From the NCBI GenBank assembly GCA_040904565.1, contig JBBDTI010000058.1:1-29610 (forward strand): a stretch of 29,610 nt of DNA. Direction: 5' to 3'. Origin of the DNA: Rhodothermales bacterium. GTDB taxonomy: Bacteria; Bacteroidota; Rhodothermia; Rhodothermales; VXPQ01. This document shows, one piece after another, positions 9,430 through 17,788 of this stretch. Position numbers and translations under genes: made by a program. The notes beneath the pieces were generated by a model that was not told the DNA's origin, did no database searches, and saw only the letters and a program-made list of their open reading frames with translations. Within the stretch, counting starts at the first letter, position 1; each line of letters opens with the position of its first letter.

Positions 9430-10230
9430 ATGAAACGAATGAACAGGCGCGAAGCACTGACGCGAGTAGGCTATTTGATGGGAGGCGTGCTGGCCGCGCC
9501 AACCGTCGCGGGCGTGCTCGGCGGATGTCGAACCGGAACGGATGCGGCCGGAGGATGGGCCGCGCTCTCCACCGACCAGGCGGGGCTCGTTGCCGCCGTG
9601 ACGAATACGATCGTGCCGGAAACCGATACGCCCGGTGCCGGAGATGCCGGCGTGCCGGGCTTCATCGATCGCATGCTGGCCGAATGGTATCCCGAAAGGC
9701 TGCGAGAACGGTTCCTCACGGGGCTGGACGCGCTCGAGCGAGAAGCCCTGGAAGCGACCGGGTCTTCCTTCGTGGATCTGTCCAACCAGCAGCAGCGCGA
9801 CCTGCTTGTCGGCGCGGCGCCGGACCTGTTCGGAAATGCGAACAGACTGTCCGGCGACGGAGCATCCGAACCGGCGGAGGGCGGTTCCGGTGAGACGGCG
9901 GACGGCGATGCGACGGAGATGCCGGAGACCGTGCGCGGCAGCACGCTCTCCGAAGACCTCAAGCTCAGGGTGACCTCGAGCATCCAGGGTGCCGCGCGCC
10001 GCGTCGCCGCCAGGCGGCCGGACGGCGGACCCGTCGTCCGTGCCGACGTCGCGCACGAGGGTGATCTAACCGGTGATCCGAGCTTTTTCCACATGCTTAA
10101 GGAGCTGACGCTCGTGGGATACTACACGTCCGAAGCCGGCGCGACACAGGAGCTGCGATTCGTCCAGGTACCGGGGCGGTGGGAGGCCTGTATTCCGTTT
10201 TCCGACGTGGGGCGGACGTGGGCGATCTGA
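9430..10230 (+). CDS. Gluconate 2-dehydrogenase subunit 3 family protein (Tat escort/small subunit of a GMC dehydrogenase)
   Basis: Tat motif NRREAL and lipobox-like LGGC. IVPETDTPGAGDAGVPGFID and FFHMLKELTLVGYYTSEAGA are characteristic of the family. It lies directly upstream of a GMC flavoprotein. Confidence 0.92.
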   Translation: MKRMNRREALTRVGYLMGGVLAAPTVAGVLGGCRTGTDAAGGWAALSTDQAGLVAAVTNTIVPETDTPGAGDAGVPGFIDRMLAEWYPERLRERFLTGLDALEREALEATGSSFVDLSNQQQRDLLVGAAPDLFGNANRLSGDGASEPAEGGSGETADGDATEMPETVRGSTLSEDLKLRVTSSIQGAARRVAARRPDGGPVVRADVAHEGDLTGDPSFFHMLKELTLVGYYTSEAGATQELRFVQVPGRWEACIPFSDVGRTWAI

Positions 10231-10340
10231 CGTGGCAGCGGATGGGTCCGGCATCGACGTTCGTGATACGCCGGCCGGTCCGTGCCGGAACGTCCAGCCG
10301 GCCAATCATAGCGACCTCTTGATTCGAAGGGAATGACATC

Positions 10341-12044
10341 GTGAACGTACAGACGAGACAGGAATACGACGCTATCGTCGTTGGTTCAGGCGTTGCCGGG
10401 GGCTGGGCCGCCAAAGAGCTGACCGAGAAGGGGCTCAATACGCTGCTGCTGGAACGCGGCCGGATGGTCGAGCACCAGGCGGACTACGTCACGGAGAATA
10501 AGGCGCCCTGGGAGCTTTATTTCCGGGGACGCGGTGACCGCGAGGAGTTCGAGCGCGACTACCCCGTCCAGCGCAAGGGGGGCGGTTTTGGAGAGGCCAC
10601 ATCCCATTTCTACGTGAACGACCGCGAAAATCCGTATACCTATCCGGAAGACAATCCCTTCATGTGGATTCGCGGGCATCAGGTCGGCGGCCGCTCCCTG
10701 ATCTGGGGACGTCAGTGCTACCGCTGGAGCCGGCTCGACTTCGAGGCGAACGCGCGGGACGGATTTGGGGTGGACTGGCCGATCCGGTATGAGAACGTGG
10801 CACCGTGGTACGACTACGTCGAGCCGTTCGTCGGCATCAGTGGGCAGGCGGAAGGGTTGCCCCAACTGCCCGATGGACGTTTTCAGCCGCCGATGGAGAT
10901 GAACTGCGGCGAGCGCCTGTTTAAGGAGCGCATGGAAGGCGCTTTCCCCGGTCGCCGCATGACGGTGGGACGCGTGGCCAACCTGACCCAGGGAATAAAC
11001 GGCCGGTCGGCGTGCCAGTATCGAAATCAGTGTTCGAGGGGGTGCTCCTACGGCGCCTATTTCAGCTCGCAGAGTGCCACGCTCCCCGCGGCCTTCGCTA
11101 CCGGGAATCTGACGCTGCAGCCGAACAGCATCGTGCACAGCGTACTCTACGACAACCGGAACGACCGGGCTACGGGCGTGCGTGTCATCGACGCGGAAAC
11201 GATGGAAGAGCGGGAATATTACGGGCGCATCGTGTTTCTGTGCGCCTCCGCTCTGGGATCCACCCGAATCATGCTGAACTCGACCTCGCCACGGTTTCCG
11301 AACGGCATCGCGAATTCCAGCGGGGCGCTTGGCCACTATCTTATGGATCACTGCTTCCAGGCCGGTGCGTCGGGCGAACTTCCGGGGAATAAGAACGAGT
11401 ATTTCTACGGCCGCCGTCCGAACGGCATCTACATCCCCCGCTTTCGCAATTTGGGTGATCGTGCGACGGAGCACCCCGATTTTCTGCGCGGCTACGGGTA
11501 TCAGGGCTCTGCCAGCAGGGCGGGATGGGGCCGCGGCGCCGGAGTTCCCGGTGTGGGATCGGGGTTGAAAGAGACGCTGCGAGAGCCGGGCCCGTGGAGC
11601 ATGTGGATCGGCGGATGGGGAGAATGCCTGCCGCGTGAAGAGAATTACGTCGAGCTGGATACGAACGTGACGGACGCCTGGGGAATGCCCGTGCTGCGGA
11701 TCCACTGCAAATGGAGTGACAACGAGGACAGGATGCGGGAGGACATGGCGCTCTCGGCGGCGGAGATGCTCGAGGCGGTCGGCGCGCGCAACATCCAGCC
11801 CTTCATCGAGGAATCGCCGCCCGGACTCTGCATCCACGAGATGGGAACGGCGCGCATGGGGCGCGATCCGGACACGTCGGTGTTGAACGCGCACAACCAG
11901 GCGCACGACGTCAGCAACCTGTTCGTGACCGACGGGGCGTGCATGACGTCGTCGGCGTGCCAGAATCCATCGATCACGTATATGGCCCTGACGGCCCGTG
12001 CCTGCGACTACGCCGTCCGTGAGATGCAGCGCGGAAATCTATAG
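10341..12044 (+). CDS. GMC family FAD-dependent oxidoreductase (glycoside 3-dehydrogenase catalytic-subunit-like)
   Basis: FAD motif YDAIVVGSGVAGG, VGGRSLIWGRQCYR, Cys cluster CQYRNQCSRGC (Fe-S-type), LGHYLMDH, catalytic IHEMGTARMG and QNPSITYMA. GTG start, no signal peptide. Confidence 0.95.
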   Translation: MNVQTRQEYDAIVVGSGVAGGWAAKELTEKGLNTLLLERGRMVEHQADYVTENKAPWELYFRGRGDREEFERDYPVQRKGGGFGEATSHFYVNDRENPYTYPEDNPFMWIRGHQVGGRSLIWGRQCYRWSRLDFEANARDGFGVDWPIRYENVAPWYDYVEPFVGISGQAEGLPQLPDGRFQPPMEMNCGERLFKERMEGAFPGRRMTVGRVANLTQGINGRSACQYRNQCSRGCSYGAYFSSQSATLPAAFATGNLTLQPNSIVHSVLYDNRNDRATGVRVIDAETMEEREYYGRIVFLCASALGSTRIMLNSTSPRFPNGIANSSGALGHYLMDHCFQAGASGELPGNKNEYFYGRRPNGIYIPRFRNLGDRATEHPDFLRGYGYQGSASRAGWGRGAGVPGVGSGLKETLREPGPWSMWIGGWGECLPREENYVELDTNVTDAWGMPVLRIHCKWSDNEDRMREDMALSAAEMLEAVGARNIQPFIEESPPGLCIHEMGTARMGRDPDTSVLNAHNQAHDVSNLFVTDGACMTSSACQNPSITYMALTARACDYAVREMQRGNL

Positions 12045-12051
12045 CCTCTCT

Positions 12052-12068
12052 GACGGCGGATCGCCGTC
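12052..12068 (+). terminator. Hairpin just after the GMC stop codon (possible terminator or mRNA stabiliser)
   Basis: Perfect 7-bp stem GACGGCG-gat-CGCCGTC. No U-tract. Confidence 0.35.
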
Positions 12069-12349
12069 CGACAGCATGTCCGCATCTGCAGAAGTCCTCC
12101 GCCGGCCGAGCGGCAGCCGTCGCGCTACCAAAAATCACCGACCTTGAATCCACACGCCGACTTCCCCGTTGAGTTACGTCGGTCCGGAGCATTCGGCGGG
12201 CACTTCGTGAAACGGTGACGCATGCGTTGCCGGGCGGCGTAGAGGTCGATTGGAACGGGTGGGTCGACGATACCTGCGTGAATGATCGTGGTCAACGCCG
12301 CGGGACGTTTTTTTCTGATGAGTATCAACGAAAACGAGATAGATTCGGC

Positions 12350-14350
12350 ATGAGAAGTTTGATCGTGATGTTGTTCCTGATTCCCGCCACGGCAGCGGCG
12401 CAGGGAACAGATACGTTGGAAGTCGTGCTTCCTGAATTGACGGTGGACGCCGTGCGCGAGACGGAGAGTACGGCCTCAGCGCCGTTCGCGCTGGGAATAG
12501 ACGTTCGGAGTCCGGAGGAGCTCGATTTCGAGCCGGCCCTCGCGCTCGAACGGGTGCTGCGTTCGCTGCCGGGCATCTGGATCAACGACCGTGGCCATTT
12601 CGCCGTAGGGGAGCGCATCTCGGTCCGCGGAACCGGTGCGCGCGCGGCGTTCGGCGTACGCGGGATTCAGGTACTGCTGGACGGGATTCCGCTTACGATG
12701 CCGGACGGGCAGGCCGCGCTCGACGTCGTCGAGTCGTCGCTCGTCCGGCGAACGGAGCTGCTGCGCAGCCCGGCGTCGCTGTTCTGGGGGAACGGTTCGG
12801 GGGGCGTGCTCTTCCTTTCCACAGCCGTAAGGCCCGCGCAGCCGAACGTTCGGGCCCGCCTGCTGGGTGGCTCGTTCGGACAGCGTCAGGTACTGCTCGA
12901 AGGGGCCGTGCCCATTGGGGCGCACGACGTGCGCGTCTACGCGTCGAATCTCCGTCAGGAGGGGTACCGCGCGTATTCCGAGGGTACGCAGCGACGCGTC
13001 GGTGCGATGGGGCGCTTTCGAATTGGAGACGCCGCGCGGCTGCGGACGATGGCGGCGCTCGCCACGCAGGATACCGAGAGCCCGAGCTCGCTGACGCGAG
13101 AGCAGATGGCGGACGATCCGACGCAGGCCCGGCAGGCTTTCGTTGACAATAGGGCCGGAAAGCAGAGCCTTCACGCGCAGGCCGGCGCCACGCTCGATCG
13201 TGAGTCCGGGTTCGGAACGGCGAGCCTCACGGCCTACGGCGTGCGGCGCCTCGTCGAGAATCCGCTCCCGTTCGGGTTTATCGATCTGGATCGGACGGCG
13301 GGCGGCGTGCGGACGGCACTGCGCGGCGAAGAGGGACGTATCCAGTGGGGCGTCGGCGCCGACGGCGCCGTTCAGCACGACATCAACAAGAACTTCGACA
13401 TCGATTTCGGTGAGCCGGGCGACGAGGTGGAGCTCGATCAAACGGAGGACGTGCTCTCGGCGGGCGCGTTCGTCTACGGCGGGTACGAGCTCGCCCCGTC
13501 GCTGAATGCGACGGCGGGCATGCGCTTCAGCCGGGTCCGGTTCGAGATGGACGATGACCTGCTCGCGAACGGGGATCAGTCCGGCGGTCGGACGTTTTCC
13601 GCCTGGAGTCCGACGGTCGGACTCTCCTACCGGCAACGCGGCGTGCTGCTATTCGCCAACTACGGAACGGCGTTCGAGACGCCGACGACGACGGAGCTCG
13701 TGAATCGGCCGGACATGACGGGCGGATTCAACCCGGAGATCGACGCCAAGATTTCGCGGGGCGTAGAGGTGGGAGCGCGTGGCGCCGTTGGCTCTTCGCT
13801 GCTGGTCGACGTGGCGGTCTACACGATGAACGTAAAGGGGCGTCTCGGATCGTTCGAGAACGAGCTCGGCCGCCAGTATTTCCGAAATGTCGGGGAGAAC
13901 ACGCACCGCGGACTCGAAGCGATGCTTTCCTGGTATCCGGCCGCGTCGTGGCAGATCGACGCTTCGTACACGGGAAGCCGGTTTGAGTTCGACGAAGACG
14001 AGCTCTCCGGCAATCTGATCCCCGGTATTCCGGAGCATCGCCTCTTCGGCGCCGTCCGGACGAACCGATCGGGCCTGTGGGCTCGCGTGGAAGGTGAGGT
14101 CGTGAGCGAGTATTTTGTAAACGATGCGAACACGGACGTGAATGACGGCTATGCCGTTTTCGACCTTTCGCTGGGCCACCGCGGCATCGCCTTCGGATCC
14201 GTGCAGGTAGCACCGTTCGCTACCCTTAAAAATGCACTTGACAAGCAGTATGCCGGATCGGTCGTGATCAATGCGTTCGGTGGACGCTACTATGAACCTG
14301 CGCCCGGCCGGGCCATTCTGGCCGGAGTTCAACTTAACTTCTTACCGTGA
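12350..14350 (+). CDS. TonB-dependent receptor, YncD/PqqU-like (candidate PQQ importer)
   Basis: Signal peptide MRSLIVMLFLIPATAAA. Plug motif GVRGIQVLLDGIPLTMPDGQ, FETPTTTEL and the C-terminal YAGSVVINAFGGRYYEPAPGR closely resemble E. coli YncD/PqqU as I recall it. The TBDT call is secure; the substrate is inferred. Confidence 0.9.
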   Translation: MRSLIVMLFLIPATAAAQGTDTLEVVLPELTVDAVRETESTASAPFALGIDVRSPEELDFEPALALERVLRSLPGIWINDRGHFAVGERISVRGTGARAAFGVRGIQVLLDGIPLTMPDGQAALDVVESSLVRRTELLRSPASLFWGNGSGGVLFLSTAVRPAQPNVRARLLGGSFGQRQVLLEGAVPIGAHDVRVYASNLRQEGYRAYSEGTQRRVGAMGRFRIGDAARLRTMAALATQDTESPSSLTREQMADDPTQARQAFVDNRAGKQSLHAQAGATLDRESGFGTASLTAYGVRRLVENPLPFGFIDLDRTAGGVRTALRGEEGRIQWGVGADGAVQHDINKNFDIDFGEPGDEVELDQTEDVLSAGAFVYGGYELAPSLNATAGMRFSRVRFEMDDDLLANGDQSGGRTFSAWSPTVGLSYRQRGVLLFANYGTAFETPTTTELVNRPDMTGGFNPEIDAKISRGVEVGARGAVGSSLLVDVAVYTMNVKGRLGSFENELGRQYFRNVGENTHRGLEAMLSWYPAASWQIDASYTGSRFEFDEDELSGNLIPGIPEHRLFGAVRTNRSGLWARVEGEVVSEYFVNDANTDVNDGYAVFDLSLGHRGIAFGSVQVAPFATLKNALDKQYAGSVVINAFGGRYYEPAPGRAILAGVQLNFLP

Positions 14351-14352
14351 CT

Positions 14353-15120
14353 ATGAAACAGCTCATCCTACTTTTCGCCCTCATGCTCTTCGCCGCACCG
14401 TCATCGTTCGCCCAGGAGGGCCGCGACCCGGCTAACTGGGAGATCCATGACCGAGAGCGGCCGCAGCCGAGGGTCGTCATGCCGCCGACACCCGGCACGC
14501 AGGATAAAGCGGGCCGCCCGCCGTCCGACGCCATCGTCCTTTTCGGAGGTACGGGACTATCCGACTGGGAGACGTCGGACGGCGACCTGGCGCCGTGGGT
14601 ATCCACCACGGAGTATTTTCAGGTACGCCCGGGGACGGGTGGCATTCAGACTAAAGAGGGTTTCGGGGACGTACAGCTGCACGTCGAGTGGACGGCGCCG
14701 AAGCCGCCCGTAGGGGAGGATCAGGACCGTGGAAACAGCGGCGTATTCCTGATGGGCCGCTATGAGGTACAGGTGTTGGATTCGTATACGAGCGAGACGT
14801 ACCCGGACGGACAGGCATCCGCCGTTTATGGCCAGTATCCGCCGCTCGTTAACGCCATGCGCGCACCGGGAGAGTGGAACACGTACGACATCGTGTTCAC
14901 GCGACCGCGGTTCGACGAGCAGGGCGAGCTGGCTTCCCCCGCTTACGTCACGGTGTTTCATAACGGCGTCCTGGTGCAGAACCACGAAGAGCTGACGGGG
15001 CCGTCGGGTCACTACGCGCGGCCGGACTACGAGGCGCACGCGGATCGGCTGCCGATCTCGCTGCAGGATCACGATCACGAGGTGCGTTTCCGCAACATCT
15101 GGGTTCGCGACCTCGAGTAA
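14353..15120 (+). CDS. DUF1080 (3-keto-disaccharide hydrolase / family 16 glycoside hydrolase-like) periplasmic protein
   Basis: Signal peptide, then PPSDAIVLFGG, FGDVQLHVEW, GNSGVFL, YEVQVLDS, PGEWNTYDIVF, HNGVLVQ and LQDHDHEVRFRNIWVR. An alternative GTG start at 14347 overlaps the receptor's stop codon. Confidence 0.93.
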   Translation: MKQLILLFALMLFAAPSSFAQEGRDPANWEIHDRERPQPRVVMPPTPGTQDKAGRPPSDAIVLFGGTGLSDWETSDGDLAPWVSTTEYFQVRPGTGGIQTKEGFGDVQLHVEWTAPKPPVGEDQDRGNSGVFLMGRYEVQVLDSYTSETYPDGQASAVYGQYPPLVNAMRAPGEWNTYDIVFTRPRFDEQGELASPAYVTVFHNGVLVQNHEELTGPSGHYARPDYEAHADRLPISLQDHDHEVRFRNIWVRDLE

Positions 15121-15192
15121 GCAACGCCGGCAAGCGAGAACGGGCGTGTCCGGCCCGATTCTTCTCCGTCACGCGATAGGCTGTCTGTAAGT

Positions 15193-17670
15193 ATGGTGCG
15201 GTTCATGCGATCGGTAGCGGTTCGTTCAGCGCTCGCGGTGCTGACGGCGGCGATCGTCGCGTCGTGTACCTCCACGCCGTGGCCTCCCGGCGTTCAGGAC
15301 GTTCCCGCCGAGGCCCCCGTGCTCGCGCCGGATCGCGCGCTGGAGACCTTCTACCTCCCGCCAGGCTTCGGCATCGAGATCGTGGCGGCCGAGCCGATGG
15401 TGGAGGATCCCGTTGCGATCGACTTCGACGCGGACGGACGCATGTGGGTCGTCGAGATGCGGGGGTATATGCCGAACGTCGACGGGACGGGCGAGCGGAC
15501 GCCGAACGGACGTATCACGGTTCTGGAGGACGTGGACGGCGACGGGCGGATGGACGAACGGGCCGTCTTTCTGGACAGCCTGGTTCTGCCGCGTGCCGTC
15601 AAGGCGCTCGATCGCGGCATCCTCGTCGCCGAGCCTCCCTATCTATGGCTTGCGCGCGATACGACGGGCGATCTCCGGGCAGACGTAAAGGAGGTCGTCC
15701 GCGACGATTACGGCCGACGCGCGTCGAACCCGGAGCGGAATCCGAACGGACTCGTGTGGGGCCTCGACAATACGCTGCTCAGCGTATGGCACGACCAGGA
15801 TCTGCGCGTCGACGCGAAAGGGAACTGGTCCGCCATTCCCACGCTGCACACGGCGCAGTGGGGCGTATCCGTCGACGACTTTGGCTATGCCTTCAAAAAC
15901 TCGAACGCCGATCCTCTACGGATCGACCTGATCCCGGCGACGTACTACGCGCGGAATCCGAACCTGGAGCGCCGGCAGGGGGCCTACGTCGACCTCGTCG
16001 ACGACGACAGCGTATGGCCCGTTCGTCCGACCCCCGGCATCAATCGAGGCTATCAGGATCACATGCTGCGCGAAGATAGCACGCTCGCCATCTTCACGGC
16101 GGCGGGGTCTCCCGTCGTGTATCGTGGAGACCGGCTCCCTCCCGAGCTGGTCAATGACGTCTTTGTGTCCGAGCCGGCGGGCAACCTGGTGCGGAGGTTC
16201 GCCGTGGAACGCGGTGCCGACGGCTCGATGACGGCGGCGAACCCGTATCAGGACGTTCAGGGAGAGTTTCTCGCGTCCACCGACGAACGCTTTCGACCGG
16301 TAAACCTGTACTCCGCTCCGGATGGGACACTGTACGTGGTGGATTTCTATCGGGGGATCGTTCAGCACCGCGATTATTTGACCGAATACCTGGAAGACTA
16401 CATCCTGAAGAAAGGTCTGGATCGGCCTCTCGGGATGGGCAGGATCTATCGGATCACGCATAAGGACTACGAACGAGATGAGCGCCCGCGCCTATCCGAT
16501 CTCAGCGCCGCCGAGCTCGCCGAAGTGCTCAGGCATCCCAACGGGTGGTGGCGGGACGCCGCGCAGCGGCTCATCGTAGAGCGAGGCGACACGTCGGCCG
16601 TCAACGTATTACGGGAGATGGTGACGTCGGCGGGCGACGAAAGCGTGCGCCTGCATGCGCTGTGGACGCTAGATGGATTGAATGTGGATGTGCCCCATGC
16701 GGCCTCCGAGGATGCCTCGCCGTACGTACGCTCGGCATGGGTCCGACATCGGGAGGGTACGCTCGATCTACTGGACGTGCTGGATGAGGTGGATCCGATC
16801 GTACGCCGGCAGGTTGCCGCATCGATCGGCACGCTGCCGGGTGCGCCGGCGCTGGAGTCCGTCGCCGCACTGCTCGTCCGACAGGGCACCGATTCTATCG
16901 CCGTAGACGCGGCCCTCAGCGGCGTGTACGGTCGCGAAGCCGATCTCCTGCTGCATCTCCTGGCCTATCGCGATGTCGTGGCTCTGCGCGATGCCCTCGC
17001 CATGACGACGGCGGCGGCCCTTAACGGTGGTGAACGGGATGTCGTTTTCGCAGCGTCCGGTGAAGAAGACCGGCCGGCGTGGCAGCGCCTCGCCATCCTG
17101 CACGGTATCCTCGCCTTCGCTCCCGAGCCGCCCGAAGACACGACGAGGTGGAGCGAGTTCGAGCCCCACGCGCTGGACGACGTCCCGGCTGGACTGATCA
17201 CCGCGGCGGAGTCGGACGATGAGGACGTACGACGCGCGGCCGGCCAGGCCCTGGATCGGTTCACGTGGCCGGGAAAGCCCCGGCCTGATCGTCCGGATGT
17301 GCGACCGCTGTCCGCGCGGGAGCAGGAGCTTTTCGACCGGGGGCGTGATCTGTATCTTACGACCTGTTCGGTCTGTCACGGCACCGACGGACAAGGACGT
17401 GAGGCCGAGGGGCCCGCCCTCGCCGGGGCGCGATGGGTGAATGGGGACGAAGATCCGCTTATTCGGATTCTTCTGCATGGCCTCGAGGGAAATGGCTTGA
17501 TGCCCCCGCAGCGGCGCCTCTCAGACGGCGAGCTGGCGGCCGTCCTGACGTACATCCGGCGTGCCTGGGGTCATCGAGGCAGTGTCGTTACGGAGGACGA
17601 GGTCGAGGAAGTGCGAGGCCGAACCGCGTCGCGGGACCGGCCGTGGACCGAGCAGGAGCTGGGAGAGTGA
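15193..17670 (+). CDS. Lipoprotein with PVC-type putative membrane-bound dehydrogenase beta-propeller (DUF7133-like), HEAT-like repeats and C-terminal cytochrome c
   Basis: Lipobox VASC. Motifs LPPGFGIEIVAAEPMVEDPVAIDFDADGRMWVVEMRGYM, DVDGDGRMD and EFLASTDERFRPVNLYSAPDGTLYVVDFYRG. HEAT-like segments HPNGWWRDAAQRL and RLHALWTL. Heme motif CSVCH (17365-17379) with Met in LMPP. Confidence 0.9.
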   Translation: MVRFMRSVAVRSALAVLTAAIVASCTSTPWPPGVQDVPAEAPVLAPDRALETFYLPPGFGIEIVAAEPMVEDPVAIDFDADGRMWVVEMRGYMPNVDGTGERTPNGRITVLEDVDGDGRMDERAVFLDSLVLPRAVKALDRGILVAEPPYLWLARDTTGDLRADVKEVVRDDYGRRASNPERNPNGLVWGLDNTLLSVWHDQDLRVDAKGNWSAIPTLHTAQWGVSVDDFGYAFKNSNADPLRIDLIPATYYARNPNLERRQGAYVDLVDDDSVWPVRPTPGINRGYQDHMLREDSTLAIFTAAGSPVVYRGDRLPPELVNDVFVSEPAGNLVRRFAVERGADGSMTAANPYQDVQGEFLASTDERFRPVNLYSAPDGTLYVVDFYRGIVQHRDYLTEYLEDYILKKGLDRPLGMGRIYRITHKDYERDERPRLSDLSAAELAEVLRHPNGWWRDAAQRLIVERGDTSAVNVLREMVTSAGDESVRLHALWTLDGLNVDVPHAASEDASPYVRSAWVRHREGTLDLLDVLDEVDPIVRRQVAASIGTLPGAPALESVAALLVRQGTDSIAVDAALSGVYGREADLLLHLLAYRDVVALRDALAMTTAAALNGGERDVVFAASGEEDRPAWQRLAILHGILAFAPEPPEDTTRWSEFEPHALDDVPAGLITAAESDDEDVRRAAGQALDRFTWPGKPRPDRPDVRPLSAREQELFDRGRDLYLTTCSVCHGTDGQGREAEGPALAGARWVNGDEDPLIRILLHGLEGNGLMPPQRRLSDGELAAVLTYIRRAWGHRGSVVTEDEVEEVRGRTASRDRPWTEQELGE

Positions 17671-17676
17671 ACTTCT

Positions 17677-17760
17677 GCGACACCGAGACGCCGACACTGA
17701 CATTACGAAATCGAGACCACGACAGCGAGACCACGAAATCGAGACCACGAAATCGAGACC
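17677..17760. repeat. 14-bp tandem repeat, 6 units (3 identical)
   Basis: gcgacaccgagacg / ccgacactgacatt / acgaaatcgagacc / acgacagcgagacc / acgaaatcgagacc / acgaaatcgagacc. Confidence 0.9.
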
Positions 17761-17788
17761 GATTCATAGAACTACAGGCATCGAAATA

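Noticed and set aside
12315-12333. Hammerhead-like core CTGATGA-gt-atca-ac-GAAA just upstream of the TonB receptor
   Set aside because: Stem II would be only 2 bp, and I could not build stem I together with a stem III/NUH cleavage site in any topology. Likely coincidence.
12045-12349. Cobalamin or other known riboswitch ahead of the TonB receptor
   Set aside because: No B12 box or TPP/FMN/SAM consensus on the + strand. A GGGAAGTCGG-like string occurs only on the minus strand and lacks the rest of the motif.
15136-15163. Hairpin GAGAA-CGGGC...GCCCG-a-TTCTT after DUF1080 as a terminator
   Set aside because: The stem is short and bulged with a weak U-tract, and the next gene starts 30 nt later in the same orientation. 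Not enough support to call.
17677-17760. CRISPR array interpretation of the repeats
   Set aside because: The units are 14 bp and directly adjacent, with no unique spacers and no cas genes.
17561-17788. N-terminal extensions in the ORF track (kdgK from 17561; also 3583, 6520, 6583, 12215, 19772, 21138, 23537)
   Set aside because: Family homology or signal peptides begin at downstream ATGs. The extensions overlap other genes, repeats or promoter-like sequence.
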